Assembly: GCA_964371935.1 (NCBI GenBank)
Contig: CAYJOT010000001.1
Coordinates: 50,730 to 105,494 of the forward strand
Length of the DNA stretch: 54,765 nucleotides
Reading direction: 5' to 3'
Origin: an uncultured Candidatus Saccharibacteria bacterium
Lineage (GTDB): Bacteria; Patescibacteriota; Minisyncoccia; Sungbacterales; HO2-52-23
Each line of letters opens with the position of its first letter. Positions within the stretch are counted from its first letter, which is position 1. The notes below the pieces were generated by a model, which had not been told where the DNA came from, did no database searches, and was given only the letters and a program-made list of their open reading frames with translations. Below, piece after piece: positions 1-8,559 of the stretch. The position numbers and the translations under genes are program-made.

Positions 1-76
1 GAGTTCCGCGCGTCTCATCGCCTTTGCCCCTGCCTTTCTGCCATTTTCGATGTTTTACTTTCTTGGGTTGAAACAT
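1..76 (-). CDS. rplP: 50S ribosomal protein L16, N-terminal fragment (gene runs off the left edge)
   Basis: Minus-strand ATG at 76-74 translates MFQPKKVKHRKWQKGRGKGDETRGT, an L16-type N-terminus. It follows rpsC as in S10 operons. Confidence 0.7.
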   Translation of the reverse strand, partial: MFQPKKVKHRKWQKGRGKGDETRGT

Positions 77-78
77 AA

Positions 79-756
79 TTATTTCTCAAACACGTCTCCT
101 TTATAAATCCACACCTTCACGCCAATCGTGCCATACGTGGTGTGCGCGGTCTTTTCCGCATAATCAATTGCCGCGCGGATGGTCTGGAGCGGGATTCTTC
201 CTTTTCTCCCCCACTCGTAGCGCGCCATCTCAGCCCCGTCAAGGCGGCCCTTGAGCGCGATGCGGACTCCTTTTACCTCGCGGGAGTTCGATATCTTTTC
301 CAGCGCCTGCTTCAACACCCGGCGAAACGGAATTCTTTTCTCAAGATCGTCCACGATCATCTGCCCAGCAATTGCCGCATGCGTTTCCGGATTCCTGACT
401 TCCTCAATGGTGAGTTTGATCTCATCCGCCGCGGCGGACTTCGATTCAATATGAAAATGTTTCTGCGTTTTAATGATAAACTTCTTGATTTCGTTTTTCA
501 GCACCTCCGCCCCCTCGCCACCACGGCCGATTAAAATTCCCGGACGCGCCGTGCGGATAATCACCTGGAGCACATTGGGGGATCGCTCAAGCTCAACCAC
601 CTCAATGTGGCTCGGCCGAAGTTTCTTATCAAGCCACGCCCGCAGCATCGTATCTTCCAAAAGATAGTTTTTAAAATTTTTACGCTGAAACCAGCGCGAC
701 TTCCATGTCGTGGTTTCTCCGAGCCGAAATACATAGGGGTGTACTCTGTGGGTCAT
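79..756 (-). CDS. rpsC: 30S ribosomal protein S3
   Basis: ORF 79-831. The conserved S3 start [23 protein letters not shown] begins at the internal Met (ATG 756-754), which avoids overlap with rplV. Confidence 0.9.
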   Translation of the reverse strand: MTHRVHPYVFRLGETTTWKSRWFQRKNFKNYLLEDTMLRAWLDKKLRPSHIEVVELERSPNVLQVIIRTARPGILIGRGGEGAEVLKNEIKKFIIKTQKHFHIESKSAAADEIKLTIEEVRNPETHAAIAGQMIVDDLEKRIPFRRVLKQALEKISNSREVKGVRIALKGRLDGAEMARYEWGRKGRIPLQTIRAAIDYAEKTAHTTYGTIGVKVWIYKGDVFEK

Positions 757-768
757 TGAAGTAGTAAA

Positions 769-792
769 TAGTGTATAGCGAGTAGTGTATAG
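769..792. repeat. Direct 10-mer TAGTGTATAG x2 in the rplV-rpsC spacer
   Basis: 769-778 and 783-792 are identical and separated by 4 nt. Confidence 0.6.
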
Positions 793-796
793 TGCG

Positions 797-1318
797 TCAT
801 ATAACTTTTCGCTGAAATATTTTTGGGGCAAAGCTTCTTGTGCGCCAGGTTTTTTTCTGAGAAAGTTCCCGCCCCTTTCCTTTTTCCTGATCCGTCACAT
901 CCGATTTCAAATCTTCAGCTTGCGCGTCCCGGACAACAAGCTGGTCATTTTTATGCTGAACTTTTTTTGCCGGAATAATGCGATGCTCCCGCGCTTCCAG
1001 CACCAACACTACATGGCTCGTCCGCTTCCGGATAGTGGCGCCCCTGCCGAACGCCCGCGGCATCATGCGCTTGGCCACCGGACCTGCATCTACCTTTATA
1101 TACTTAACATACAAGCCGGACTCGTCAAGCTGGAAATTATTCACGGCGTTTGCCACGGCGGATTTCAGAAGCTTCAGCACCGGAGCCGCGCCCCGTTTTA
1201 TCAAACTGCCCAATACCAACTCGGCCTCGCTCACATTCCTGCCCTTGACCATATTGATAACCAACCGCATCTTTCGCGGAGCAATATGGGCGTAATGAAG
1301 CTGTGCGTTGATTTCCAT
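797..1318 (-). CDS. rplV: 50S ribosomal protein L22 with a long basic C-terminal extension
   Basis: [33 protein letters not shown] is L22-like. Operon position is between rpsS and rpsC. Confidence 0.9.
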   Translation of the reverse strand: MEINAQLHYAHIAPRKMRLVINMVKGRNVSEAELVLGSLIKRGAAPVLKLLKSAVANAVNNFQLDESGLYVKYIKVDAGPVAKRMMPRAFGRGATIRKRTSHVVLVLEAREHRIIPAKKVQHKNDQLVVRDAQAEDLKSDVTDQEKGKGRELSQKKTWRTRSFAPKIFQRKVI

Positions 1319-1327
1319 AAATTTCTT

Positions 1328-1397
1328 GTCATCCTGAACGAAGTGAAGGATCTCTTGCGGTCGTGCGTGTGAGATTCTTCGCTTCGCTCAGCATGGC
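1328..1397. repeat. 68-70-nt imperfect hairpin element, copy 1 (family GTCATCCTGAACGnAGTGAAGGATCTC ... GAGATTCTTCGCTnCGCTCAGAATGAC)
   Basis: 27-nt arms with a variable loop. Near-identical arms occur at 36000-36067 and, inverted, at 43841-43908. Confidence 0.8.
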
Positions 1398-1403
1398 CTA
1401 GCC

Positions 1404-1721
1404 CTATTTCTTCGCGGGCGTTGCCGCGGTTGAGGTAGCGGCTTTCTGTTCGATATCGCGCTGCTGTTTTCCGCCGTGCCGGACAAACTTTCGGGTAGGA
1501 GAGAACTCGCCAAAGTGATGTCCCACCATGTCCTCCATAACCTTGATCTCGATAAACGCTTTGCCATTGTGCACGCCAAAGGTATAGCCGATCATCTCGG
1601 GAGTGATCATTGATGCGCGCGACCATATTTTGATCACGACTTTCGAGTTGGGCGAAGTGCGCCCCATGTGTTTGAGGATGCTCGGATGAACGTATGGACC
1701 CTTCTTTAAGCTTCGCGGCAT
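1404..1721 (-). CDS. rpsS: 30S ribosomal protein S19
   Basis: MPRSLKKGPYVHPSILKHM ... GHHFGEFSPTRKF is S19-like and in the expected operon position. Confidence 0.95.
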   Translation of the reverse strand: MPRSLKKGPYVHPSILKHMGRTSPNSKVVIKIWSRASMITPEMIGYTFGVHNGKAFIEIKVMEDMVGHHFGEFSPTRKFVRHGGKQQRDIEQKAATSTAATPAKK

Positions 1722-1829
1722 ATCTTGTTATTGGTTATTAGTTATTTGTTTTAGTTTCTTAGTTATTGGTTCAAGTCATTTGCAAAACTGGCAACCAACA
1801 AACTAAAACCAAGAACTTAAGACTAATGA
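1722..1829. repeat. AT-rich heptamer-periodic imperfect hairpin filling the rpsS-rplB spacer
   Basis: The left arm is GTTATTG/GTTATTA/GTTATTT-type units. The right arm (CCAACAAACTAAAACCAAGAACTTAAGACTAATGAC) is its imperfect complement. It is related to spacer 2679-2796. Confidence 0.5.
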
Positions 1830-2678
1830 CTACTTCTTCCTTCTCGACAAAATAAATCTGCTCGAGGTTTTTTTGCGCTTGCGCGTCTTTACTCCGCGCG
1901 CAAGCTTGCCCCACGGCGTTGCCGGGCCGCGACGGCGCCCGACCTGCGTGCGTCCCTCGCCGCCTCCGTGCGGATGGTCAACCGGGTTCATAGCGGTGCC
2001 GCGCACACTCGGGCGGATTCCTTTGCGACGATTGCGTCCGGCAGTGCCGATCGTTATAAAACTATGCATCGGATTGGACAAGGTGCCAATCGACGCGAAG
2101 TTTTGCGCATGTATCATACGCACCTCTTTGGACGGCATCTGGATATTCGCATATCCTCCCTCCTGTGCCAGCACCAATGCTCCCACGCCAGCAGAGCGCG
2201 CAATTTGCGCGCCGTGCCCGGCCTGCAGCTCGATATTGTATACCATGGTGCCAACGGGAATTCTGTGCAAGGGCATGCGATTACCCGGCTCAATCGGCGC
2301 ATCAGGACCGCTTACTACCATACTCCCTACGGCAACATCCTGCGGAGCAAGCACATACCGCTTTTCTCCATCATGGTAATGCAGCAGCGCTATAAAACTC
2401 GAGCGATTCGGATCGTATTCAAGAGACACGACGCGAGCCGGAACTGCGATCTTGTCGTATTTGAAATCAATCTCGCGCCACAGCCGCTTCACGCCAGATC
2501 CTTTATGCCGCGTAGTGATGCGCCCCTGCGAGTTGCGCCCCACATCGCGCTTTCGTCCCCAGGTCAGCCGCTTTTCCGGCCCGCTCGTCTTGGTCAGCAC
2601 CTTTCTCCAGTTCACAAACTCGGCCTGGCGTCTGCCAGGGGATGTGGGAGGATAGGTTTTGAGCTTGGTTTGGATCAT
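1830..2678 (-). CDS. rplB: 50S ribosomal protein L2
   Basis: 282 aa with GRNSQGRITTRHKGSG and MNPVDHPHGGGEGR motifs. Confidence 0.97.
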   Translation of the reverse strand: MIQTKLKTYPPTSPGRRQAEFVNWRKVLTKTSGPEKRLTWGRKRDVGRNSQGRITTRHKGSGVKRLWREIDFKYDKIAVPARVVSLEYDPNRSSFIALLHYHDGEKRYVLAPQDVAVGSMVVSGPDAPIEPGNRMPLHRIPVGTMVYNIELQAGHGAQIARSAGVGALVLAQEGGYANIQMPSKEVRMIHAQNFASIGTLSNPMHSFITIGTAGRNRRKGIRPSVRGTAMNPVDHPHGGGEGRTQVGRRRGPATPWGKLARGVKTRKRKKTSSRFILSRRKK

Positions 2679-2796
2679 GAAGTCAGTTATTGGTCACTGG
2701 TTCTTAGTTTTAGTTTTTTAGTTACCGATCCACTTTGTGTACGAACCAATGACCCACAAACTAAGACTAAAAACCATGAACTAGAAACCACTATGC
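2679..2796. repeat. AT-rich imperfect hairpin filling the rplB-rplW spacer (same family as 1722-1829)
   Basis: CACTGGTTCTTAGTTTTAGTTT pairs with AAACTAAGACTAAAAACCATG. It shares the TTAGTTTTAGTT / AACTAAnACTAA motifs with the other spacer. Confidence 0.5.
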
Positions 2797-3072
2797 CTAT
2801 TGCATCTCAATGGTCTGGCCTTCCATCAGCACCACCACCGCTTTTTTAAATCCGCTTTTCCAGCCAATAGTGCGCCCGCGCCTGCGTTCTTTCCTTGGCA
2901 TGTTCAGCACTCGCACGTCTTTGACGGTTACGCCAAAGCGCTTGGCTACGGCAAGTCCCACTTCGCGCTTGTTTGCAGTACCGGCAACGACAAACGTATA
3001 CTCGCAGGTCTTGCCCATGGTCTTTTCCGTAAGATGCGGCCGGATTAAAATGCCGAATGTGTCATTTTTCAT
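2797..3072 (-). CDS. rplW: 50S ribosomal protein L23
   Basis: 91 aa, LIRPHLTEKT start region, in the expected operon position. Confidence 0.9.
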   Translation of the reverse strand: MKNDTFGILIRPHLTEKTMGKTCEYTFVVAGTANKREVGLAVAKRFGVTVKDVRVLNMPRKERRRGRTIGWKSGFKKAVVVLMEGQTIEMQ

Positions 3073-3074
3073 AA

Positions 3075-3716
3075 TTACCTTGCCAAAATCTGGATGGCGG
3101 CCTTGGGAAGCATTAAAAATTTATGCTGCATCACCTCGTAGGTATTCAAATTTCTGGCCTCGTCCACCGTGACCCGGCTGATATTGCGCATCGCGCGGCG
3201 CGCCGAATTGTCTTTGGTAAAAAGCGCCACCAATATGCTCTTGTTTTGTTTCAACTCTGCCAGTTCTTTCTGCTCTGCAAGTTTGCGGAACATCTCGGCC
3301 GCATATTTGGTCTTGGCTTCGGGAAAATCAAGATCCTCCATTACCACTATTTCCCGATCCCGCAATTTTGCCGAAAGCACGACCGCGAATGCCTTTCGCG
3401 CCATCTTCTTGTTGATCTTCTTCTCATAATTTTTCTCCATACGCGGCCCGTGCGTAATGCCGCCGCCCCTCCATATCGGCGAGCGTGTAGACCCGTGCCG
3501 CGCCCGGCCGGTTCCTTTCTGCCGCCACGGCTTTCTCCCGCCCCCGCGCACCTCTGCTCTGCTCTTCGTGTGCGCCGTACCCGACCGCCGATTCGCGGCC
3601 TGCGACGTCACCACCTGATGCACCAGATCCGCATTCCACTTCAACCCAAACACCCCGTCCGGCAATTCCACGGTCCCGGTCTCTTCCCCTATTTGGTTGT
3701 ACACCTTGACTTGCAT
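3075..3716 (-). CDS. rplD: 50S ribosomal protein L4
   Basis: 213 aa with GGGRKPWRQKGTGRARHGS motif. Confidence 0.95.
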   Translation of the reverse strand: MQVKVYNQIGEETGTVELPDGVFGLKWNADLVHQVVTSQAANRRSGTAHTKSRAEVRGGGRKPWRQKGTGRARHGSTRSPIWRGGGITHGPRMEKNYEKKINKKMARKAFAVVLSAKLRDREIVVMEDLDFPEAKTKYAAEMFRKLAEQKELAELKQNKSILVALFTKDNSARRAMRNISRVTVDEARNLNTYEVMQHKFLMLPKAAIQILAR

Positions 3717-3772
3717 AGATAAATATGAAATCTTCTAACCAATTCGTTTACAAAAAAATAATATTGATATTC

Positions 3773-4444
3773 TTAAAAAATAGAACTGACTACCCCCCTA
3801 ATCTCCATCAAAGTCCCTCGTCGTCCTGGCACGGCACCCCGTAGTGCCAGCATTTTATTTTCCGCGTCGACTTTTACGATCTCGACTTTTCGCACCGACA
3901 CACGATCGGCTCCCATGCGGCCGGCCATGCGCATGCCTTTGATCACGCGCTGGGGCCAGGTGGCACCAATGGATCCGGGCTGGCGATGGGCGTGCTTGGT
4001 GCCGTGCGAGGCAGGGGCACCATGAAAGCCGTGGCGTTTTACTACGCCCTGAAATCCTTTGGCTTTTGAAATACCGCTCACGCGTACGCGATCCCCTTCC
4101 TGGAACACCGATGCGTCAATGATTGTGCCGACCTTCATGTCTTCTTGGGGCAGCACATCCGCTGGCGCATCAGTACCCTTCTTTAGTGTGTGCGTTTTTA
4201 CGCGAAATTCCTTTACGTAACGAAAGTTCCCAAGTCCCTTAAAGTGTCCGATCTGCGGTTTTGCGATATTCTTTTGCTTTTTCTCTCCTGCGCCAAGCTG
4301 TACGCTGCAATACCCGTCCTTTTCCATGGTGCGAATCTGAATCACGGTGTTGGGCATAACGGAAATGAAAGTCACCGGGATCACATTGCCGGTTTCGTCA
4401 AAGATTTGCGACATATTCACTTTTTCTCCCAAAAGGCATTTCAT
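3773..4444 (-). CDS. rplC: 50S ribosomal protein L3
   Basis: ORF 3773-4483. The L3-type start MKCLLGEKVNMSQIFDETGNVIPVT is at the internal Met (4444). Confidence 0.93.
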   Translation of the reverse strand: MKCLLGEKVNMSQIFDETGNVIPVTFISVMPNTVIQIRTMEKDGYCSVQLGAGEKKQKNIAKPQIGHFKGLGNFRYVKEFRVKTHTLKKGTDAPADVLPQEDMKVGTIIDASVFQEGDRVRVSGISKAKGFQGVVKRHGFHGAPASHGTKHAHRQPGSIGATWPQRVIKGMRMAGRMGADRVSVRKVEIVKVDAENKMLALRGAVPGRRGTLMEIRGVVSSIF

Positions 4445-4606
4445 AAATGGTAACAAAAAAGCCGGATGCCCGGCGCCACGCACAGACGAAAATTTTCTTA
4501 GCTTTCTTTTTTGAACAAACCAGCTGTACTCATAAATACACTAAATTTCCCTTATCAACCTATGGCTACCTCAAGTTTCTTGATCTGCTTGTCATGCTCA
4601 TGAATA

Positions 4607-4927
4607 TCATCGGTAATTCTGAACATGAAGCGCACTGTGGGCTGCTCGATCTTTTTCCGCAACATCAAAACGAGTTATCACCTTATCAACCGCTTGCAGC
4701 AAGGTTGCTGTCTGCTCTCGCATCTTTTCATCCATCGTTTCCCCAAATTCGTCAAACCGAAGATTAAGATATTCTTTAAAGTATTCTTGTGTAACAAACC
4801 CCGCAAGCTTCTCATCAAGGTAATCTTTCGTAACAAAAGCTTCCAGCTTTTCATCAAGCGTTTTGTCCAGATACCCCTTGGTAACCAACTCTTCAGATTC
4901 TTTTTTCTCCTGTATTTGTTCGGACAT
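4607..4927 (-). CDS. Hypothetical acidic coiled-coil protein with internal repeats, inserted between rpsJ and rplC
   Basis: 106 aa with [17 protein letters not shown] / [13 protein letters not shown] / [10 protein letters not shown] repeats. I recognise no family. Confidence 0.5.
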   Translation of the reverse strand: MSEQIQEKKESEELVTKGYLDKTLDEKLEAFVTKDYLDEKLAGFVTQEYFKEYLNLRFDEFGETMDEKMREQTATLLQAVDKVITRFDVAEKDRAAHSALHVQNYR

Positions 4928-4937
4928 ATCAAAGATA

Positions 4938-5273
4938 TTACATCATCTTGACCTCGATATCCACTCCGGCAGGCAGGTTGAGATTGGTGAGCGAGTTGAT
5001 CGTACTCGGCGTCGGGCTCAAAATATCAATCAGCCGCTTGTGCACGCGCATCTCATACTGCTCGCGGGCGTTTTTGTGAACAAAACTTGAACGATTTACC
5101 GTATACCTATGGATCTCGGTTGGCAGCGGAATGGGCCCGACCACGTCGGCGCCGTTTCGCAGCGCGGTATCAACAATCTGCTTGACCGAATTATCAATAA
5201 TCTTCGAGTCATACGCCCGCACTTTGATCCGCACTCGCGTTTTCAATTCTTCAACTATCTTTTTCGTTGCCAA
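4938..5273 (-). CDS. rpsJ: 30S ribosomal protein S10
   Basis: [23 protein letters not shown] ... GPIPLPT is S10-like and lies downstream of tuf. Confidence 0.95.
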   Translation of the reverse strand: MATKKIVEELKTRVRIKVRAYDSKIIDNSVKQIVDTALRNGADVVGPIPLPTEIHRYTVNRSSFVHKNAREQYEMRVHKRLIDILSPTPSTINSLTNLNLPAGVDIEVKMM

Positions 5274-5280
5274 GGAACAT

Positions 5281-5376
5281 CAACAAATTTTCAATTTACA
5301 ATTTTCAATTTACAATGACGGTCCGAACTTAAATCATTGAAAATTGATTGAAAATTGCAAAATTGAAACTTGAAAA
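5281..5376. repeat. AT-rich tandem/inverted repeat hairpin in the tuf-rpsJ spacer
   Basis: TTTTCAATTTACAA x2 faces TTGAAAATTG-type units across the loop CGGTCCGAACTTAAA. Confidence 0.5.
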
Positions 5377-6570
5377 TTATTTCACTATCTTCGTGACCAC
5401 GCCCGCGCCGACGGTGCGGCCGCCCTCGCGGATCGCGAAGCGCTGCCGCTCTTCAAGCGCTACCGGCACGATCAGCTTGACCACAAACTTGATTGTGTCT
5501 CCGGGCATGACCATCTCAACCCCTTCCGGCAGAGTCACTTCGCCGGTCACATCCGTGGTGCGGATGTAAAACTGGGGCTTGTACCCTGCAAAAAACGGGG
5601 TGTGCCGACCTCCTTCCTCTTTGGTAAGGATATATACTTCGGATTCAAAATCAGTGTGCGGCGTGACCGATCCAATCTTCGAGATCACCTGCCCGCGCTC
5701 CACATCTTCCTTTTTCAAACCGCGCAACAGAATGCCCGCGTTGTCTCCGGCCATGCCTTCGTCAAGCGATTTGTTAAACATTTCAATGCCGGTGACGGTT
5801 GTCTTTGCCGTATCTTTCATGCCAACGATTTCAATTTCCTCGCCCACCTTTACTTTGCCGCGCTCAATGCGTCCGGTTACCACCGTACCGCGTCCCTCAA
5901 TAGAAAACACGTCCTCAACAGGCATCAAAAATGGCTTGTCCAGATCGCGAACCGGTTCCGGAATATAACTATCCAAAGCATCGGTCAGCTCGCGGATCTT
6001 TTTCACCCACGGGTCATCCACGGAAGTTGCCTCAAGCGCCTTGAGCGCGGAACCGCGGATAATGGGTGTTTCGTCTCCGGGAAATTCATACTTTTTTAAA
6101 AGCTCGCGCACCTCTGCCTCAACTAAGTCAATCATTTCCGGATCATCCACCATATCAACTTTGTTGAGAAATACCACCACCGCAGGCACGCCTACCTGAC
6201 GCGCAAGCAAAATATGCTCGCGGGTCTGGGGCATAGGTCCGTCAGTCGCAGACACGACCAAAATCGCGCCATCCATCTGGGCAGCACCGGTAATCATATT
6301 CTTGATGTAGTCCGCGTGTCCGGGCGCATCAATATGCGCGTAATGCCGCTTCTCGGTCTCATACTCCGAGTGATGCAACGCAATCGTAATCCCGCGTGCC
6401 TTCTCCTCGGGCGCATTGTCGATCTGCGACACGTCTTCAACGCGTGACGGAAGCCCGGCCAAATGCAATGCCTTGGTAATAGCCGCCGTCAACGTGGTCT
6501 TGCCATGGTCAACGTGTCCGATAGTGCCTACGTTTACATGCGGCTTGGTGCGTTCGTATTTTCCTGCCAT
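5377..6570 (-). CDS. tuf: Elongation factor Tu
   Basis: 397 aa with [18 protein letters not shown] and NKVD GTPase motifs. Confidence 0.98.
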   Translation of the reverse strand: MAGKYERTKPHVNVGTIGHVDHGKTTLTAAITKALHLAGLPSRVEDVSQIDNAPEEKARGITIALHHSEYETEKRHYAHIDAPGHADYIKNMITGAAQMDGAILVVSATDGPMPQTREHILLARQVGVPAVVVFLNKVDMVDDPEMIDLVEAEVRELLKKYEFPGDETPIIRGSALKALEATSVDDPWVKKIRELTDALDSYIPEPVRDLDKPFLMPVEDVFSIEGRGTVVTGRIERGKVKVGEEIEIVGMKDTAKTTVTGIEMFNKSLDEGMAGDNAGILLRGLKKEDVERGQVISKIGSVTPHTDFESEVYILTKEEGGRHTPFFAGYKPQFYIRTTDVTGEVTLPEGVEMVMPGDTIKFVVKLIVPVALEERQRFAIREGGRTVGAGVVTKIVK

Positions 6571-6680
6571 TGTTTTGATAAATATATGAAATAAGAAACG
6601 GGTGACAAAATACGCTTTTGTCGCGCCATTCCTACTCCATAATTGGAGATTAGGGGTATATTTTGCCGATATGATCTACT

Positions 6681-6815
6681 CTATAGGAAACAATAAAAAA
6701 CGTCAAGCGGCGCGACTAGAGGAAGTTCTTTCTCAAACTGCTCCGCTAAAAAAGCGCCGACTTTTTGGTCGCCATTCGCATGATAAATCAGGATATTCGT
6801 ATCAATGGTGTACAT
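6681..6815 (-). pseudogene. Truncated PIN-domain (VapC-like) toxin remnant
   Basis: Minus ATG at 6815 overlaps the antitoxin stop. It translates MYTIDTNILIYHANGDQKVGAFLAEQFEKELPLVAPLDVFYCFL then a stop: 44 aa against roughly 130 for an intact PIN. Confidence 0.55.
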
Positions 6816-7074
6816 GGAGCCAAGGCAAAACGCGATCCCATTCTTTTCTGATTTTGCGCTGCCAGGTAACAGGATCGGTGATTCTTCCTTTCAGGATTCC
6901 CGCTGCCGCTTTCAGCGCCGCAAGCGCTTGTTGTTTCTTCTCCGACGTAACTCGTTCCAGCACCATGCGAGTACCGCTGTACTCCCGAATTTCAAGATGC
7001 GCGTCTTTCCATTGAGGACGTATATCTTTCGGAAGCGTGATCTTCCCATCTTTCACCTTTATTGTTGTAGTCAT
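6802..7074 (-). CDS. AbrB/MazE/SpoVT-type antitoxin-like protein
   Basis: N-terminus TTTIKVKDGKITLPKDIR resembles a SpoVT-AbrB swapped hairpin. It is followed by the PIN remnant. Confidence 0.65.
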   Translation of the reverse strand: MTTTIKVKDGKITLPKDIRPQWKDAHLEIREYSGTRMVLERVTSEKKQQALAALKAAAGILKGRITDPVTWQRKIRKEWDRVLPWLHVHH

Positions 7075-7268
7075 GCTTCTATCTTACCCCCGATAGCGAA
7101 ACCGTCAAGCACACTAGATAGCATTACTACTCTAGATTTTAGTATCATTTCAAACCCAAAAGATAGAAGAATATAGTGATAAATTAAGCGTGCTTCGTCC
7201 ATATTGTCAAGATCATCCCGCAAATAATCGCGCACAAACTTAACAGATTGCGATCCTCGGCACATCAT
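7071..7268 (-). CDS. Hypothetical 65-aa ORF (possibly a gene fragment)
   Basis: ATGA overlap with the next ORF. No recognisable motif. It abuts the left end of the IS. Confidence 0.3.
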   Translation of the reverse strand: MMCRGSQSVKFVRDYLRDDLDNMDEARLIYHYILLSFGFEMILKSRVVMLSSVLDGFAIGGKIEA

Positions 7269-7289
7269 TCTGTCTGCAATTTTTCTCTT

Positions 7290-8126
7290 GGTAATTAGTG
7301 TATTTCGTAACCACGAGGAGCTAAAATATCCTTATGGTTACTACTCGAAATAACGTTTTCAACTGTGCGACCAACTTTTTGAGGGGTAGAAAGTGTATTT
7401 TCTGCGGTTCGTTCAAGATAAACAGAACGAGGCGTGGATATATCAAATGCCAGCGCAAGAGCTGTGGAAAACAGAAATCCCCGAAACGGTTGCGCAAGGA
7501 GATAGGCATCATTACCGGCTTCTACCAGCAGCAACCGGCATATCGTGTGGCGAGCGATCTGGGCATGGATTACCAAGTAGTTACTCGCGTCTATCAACGA
7601 CTGCGCGAAACAATCTATCATGTGGCGGAGCTGGAAGCAGGCAAACTGAAGAGCGAAGTAGAGATTGACGAAGCGTACTTTGGAGGCAGACGCAAGGGCA
7701 GGCGAGGAAGAGGTGCTGCTGGAAAAAGCATTGTTTTCGGCCTTCTGGAGCGCAACGGCAAGGTTTACACCAAGGTGGTGGAACGGGTTACTGCCGATGA
7801 ACTGATGGCTCATATTCGGAAGCATACCAGAAAAGGGGCTGTCTACTATACGGACACTTTCCGAAGCTACAACTCGCTGAAACGCTGGGCATACACCATC
7901 GCCTTAACCATTCCAAGTCTTTCACTTATCGCGGCAAGAACCACATCAATGGCATTGAAGGATTCCGGAGTTACGCTAAGCATATCCTGTACAACTATCG
8001 TGGAGTTTCCAAATATCACTTTCCGATGTATATTAAAGAAGTGGAGTATAGATTTAATCATCGTCGAGATAATTTATTCAAGTTGTTTATTAGTGTCTAT
8101 TTTGGTTACGTTTCGTACTAATTACC
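7290..8126 (+). mobile_element. IS1595-family-like insertion sequence (about 837 bp)
   Basis: Imperfect terminal inverted repeats: GGTAATTAGTGTATTTCGTAACC (7290-7312) against the reverse complement of 8104-8126 (GGTAATTAGTACGAAACGTAACC). They enclose the transposase. Confidence 0.7.
7334..8121 (+). pseudogene. IS1595/ISXO2-like DDE transposase, frameshifted near 7886-7888
   Basis: Frame 0 runs through ...EIDEAYFGG...YYTDTFRSYNSLKR. The conserved continuation GIHHRLNHSKSF...HINGIEGFRSYAKHIL...YIKEVEYRFNHR is in the -1 frame and ends at TAA 8119-8121. Confidence 0.75.
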
Positions 8127-8134
8127 TTTTATTA

Positions 8135-8392
8135 TCATGCTAAAAGCGCCTCAATCCGTTTTTGCTCTTTGTGCGCGTCAAGCAATGCTGTGCGCTTGCG
8201 CGATTCGTCGAAAAAGATGCAAAACTGTGTAAAAACTCCTTCCCGGCCCAGGATGCGCGGCACGGCAGCGCCCTCAACAAAGATTATCGGAATACAAATG
8301 GTTATAGTACCAGATTTGATTTTTATAGAATTCCAGAGCGATATACCACAGTTAATCCTTTGGGAACGCTTACCAATAAAATATCCTGCCAC
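8135..8392 (-). pseudogene. C-terminal remnant of a retropepsin-like protease (third, decayed cassette copy)
   Basis: IKIK...ILGREGVFTQFCIFFDESRKR aligns with IKIR...[20 protein letters not shown] of 11057-11464. The DSGA active-site half is missing. Confidence 0.45.
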
Positions 8393-8535
8393 GTTGTATG
8401 CGGCAATTGTTTTTTTACGTCTTTCAGTATCGTTGTGGCATCGTGGCCGGATGCAACGATTTTTCCCTTGACAATAGCGACTTGTTTGCCGCCGTATTTT
8501 TTGATGCTGATGGTGGGCAAGATAAGCTTCTTCAT
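8323..8535 (-). CDS. Small cassette partner protein (DUF5678-like by my recollection), third copy
   Basis: KKYGGKQVAIVKGKIVASG matches KKYERKWVALVSGKVVGAG (11448-11651) and KYANKWVALVGHKVVAAG (40097-40282). Confidence 0.55.
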   Translation of the reverse strand: MKKLILPTISIKKYGGKQVAIVKGKIVASGHDATTILKDVKKQLPHTTWQDILLVSVPKGLTVVYRSGIL

Positions 8536-8559
8536 GTTTCTACTATACCATGACAGCCA

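Noticed and set aside
1968-2849. A 293-aa plus-strand ORF. Similar long antisense ORFs occur at 142-534, 785-1372, 3123-3722, 10443-11114, 16436-17179, 27941-28606, 29226-29939, 36642-37523, 37861-38715 and 49187-49831.
   Set aside because: Each lies fully antisense to a confidently identified conserved gene (rplB, rpsC/rplV, rplD, fusA, pilB-like, cobO, nrdJ, hisS, lepB, infC). Their compositions are Arg/Ser/Pro-rich and low-complexity, typical of shadow ORFs.
7295-7825. A 176-aa minus-strand ORF inside the IS element.
   Set aside because: It is antisense to the recognisable IS1595-type transposase and has no motif of its own.
7282-8134. An 8-bp target-site duplication flanking the IS1595-like element.
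   Set aside because: The flanking octamers (TTTCTCTT and TTTTATTA) are both T-rich but not identical, so no duplication can be claimed.
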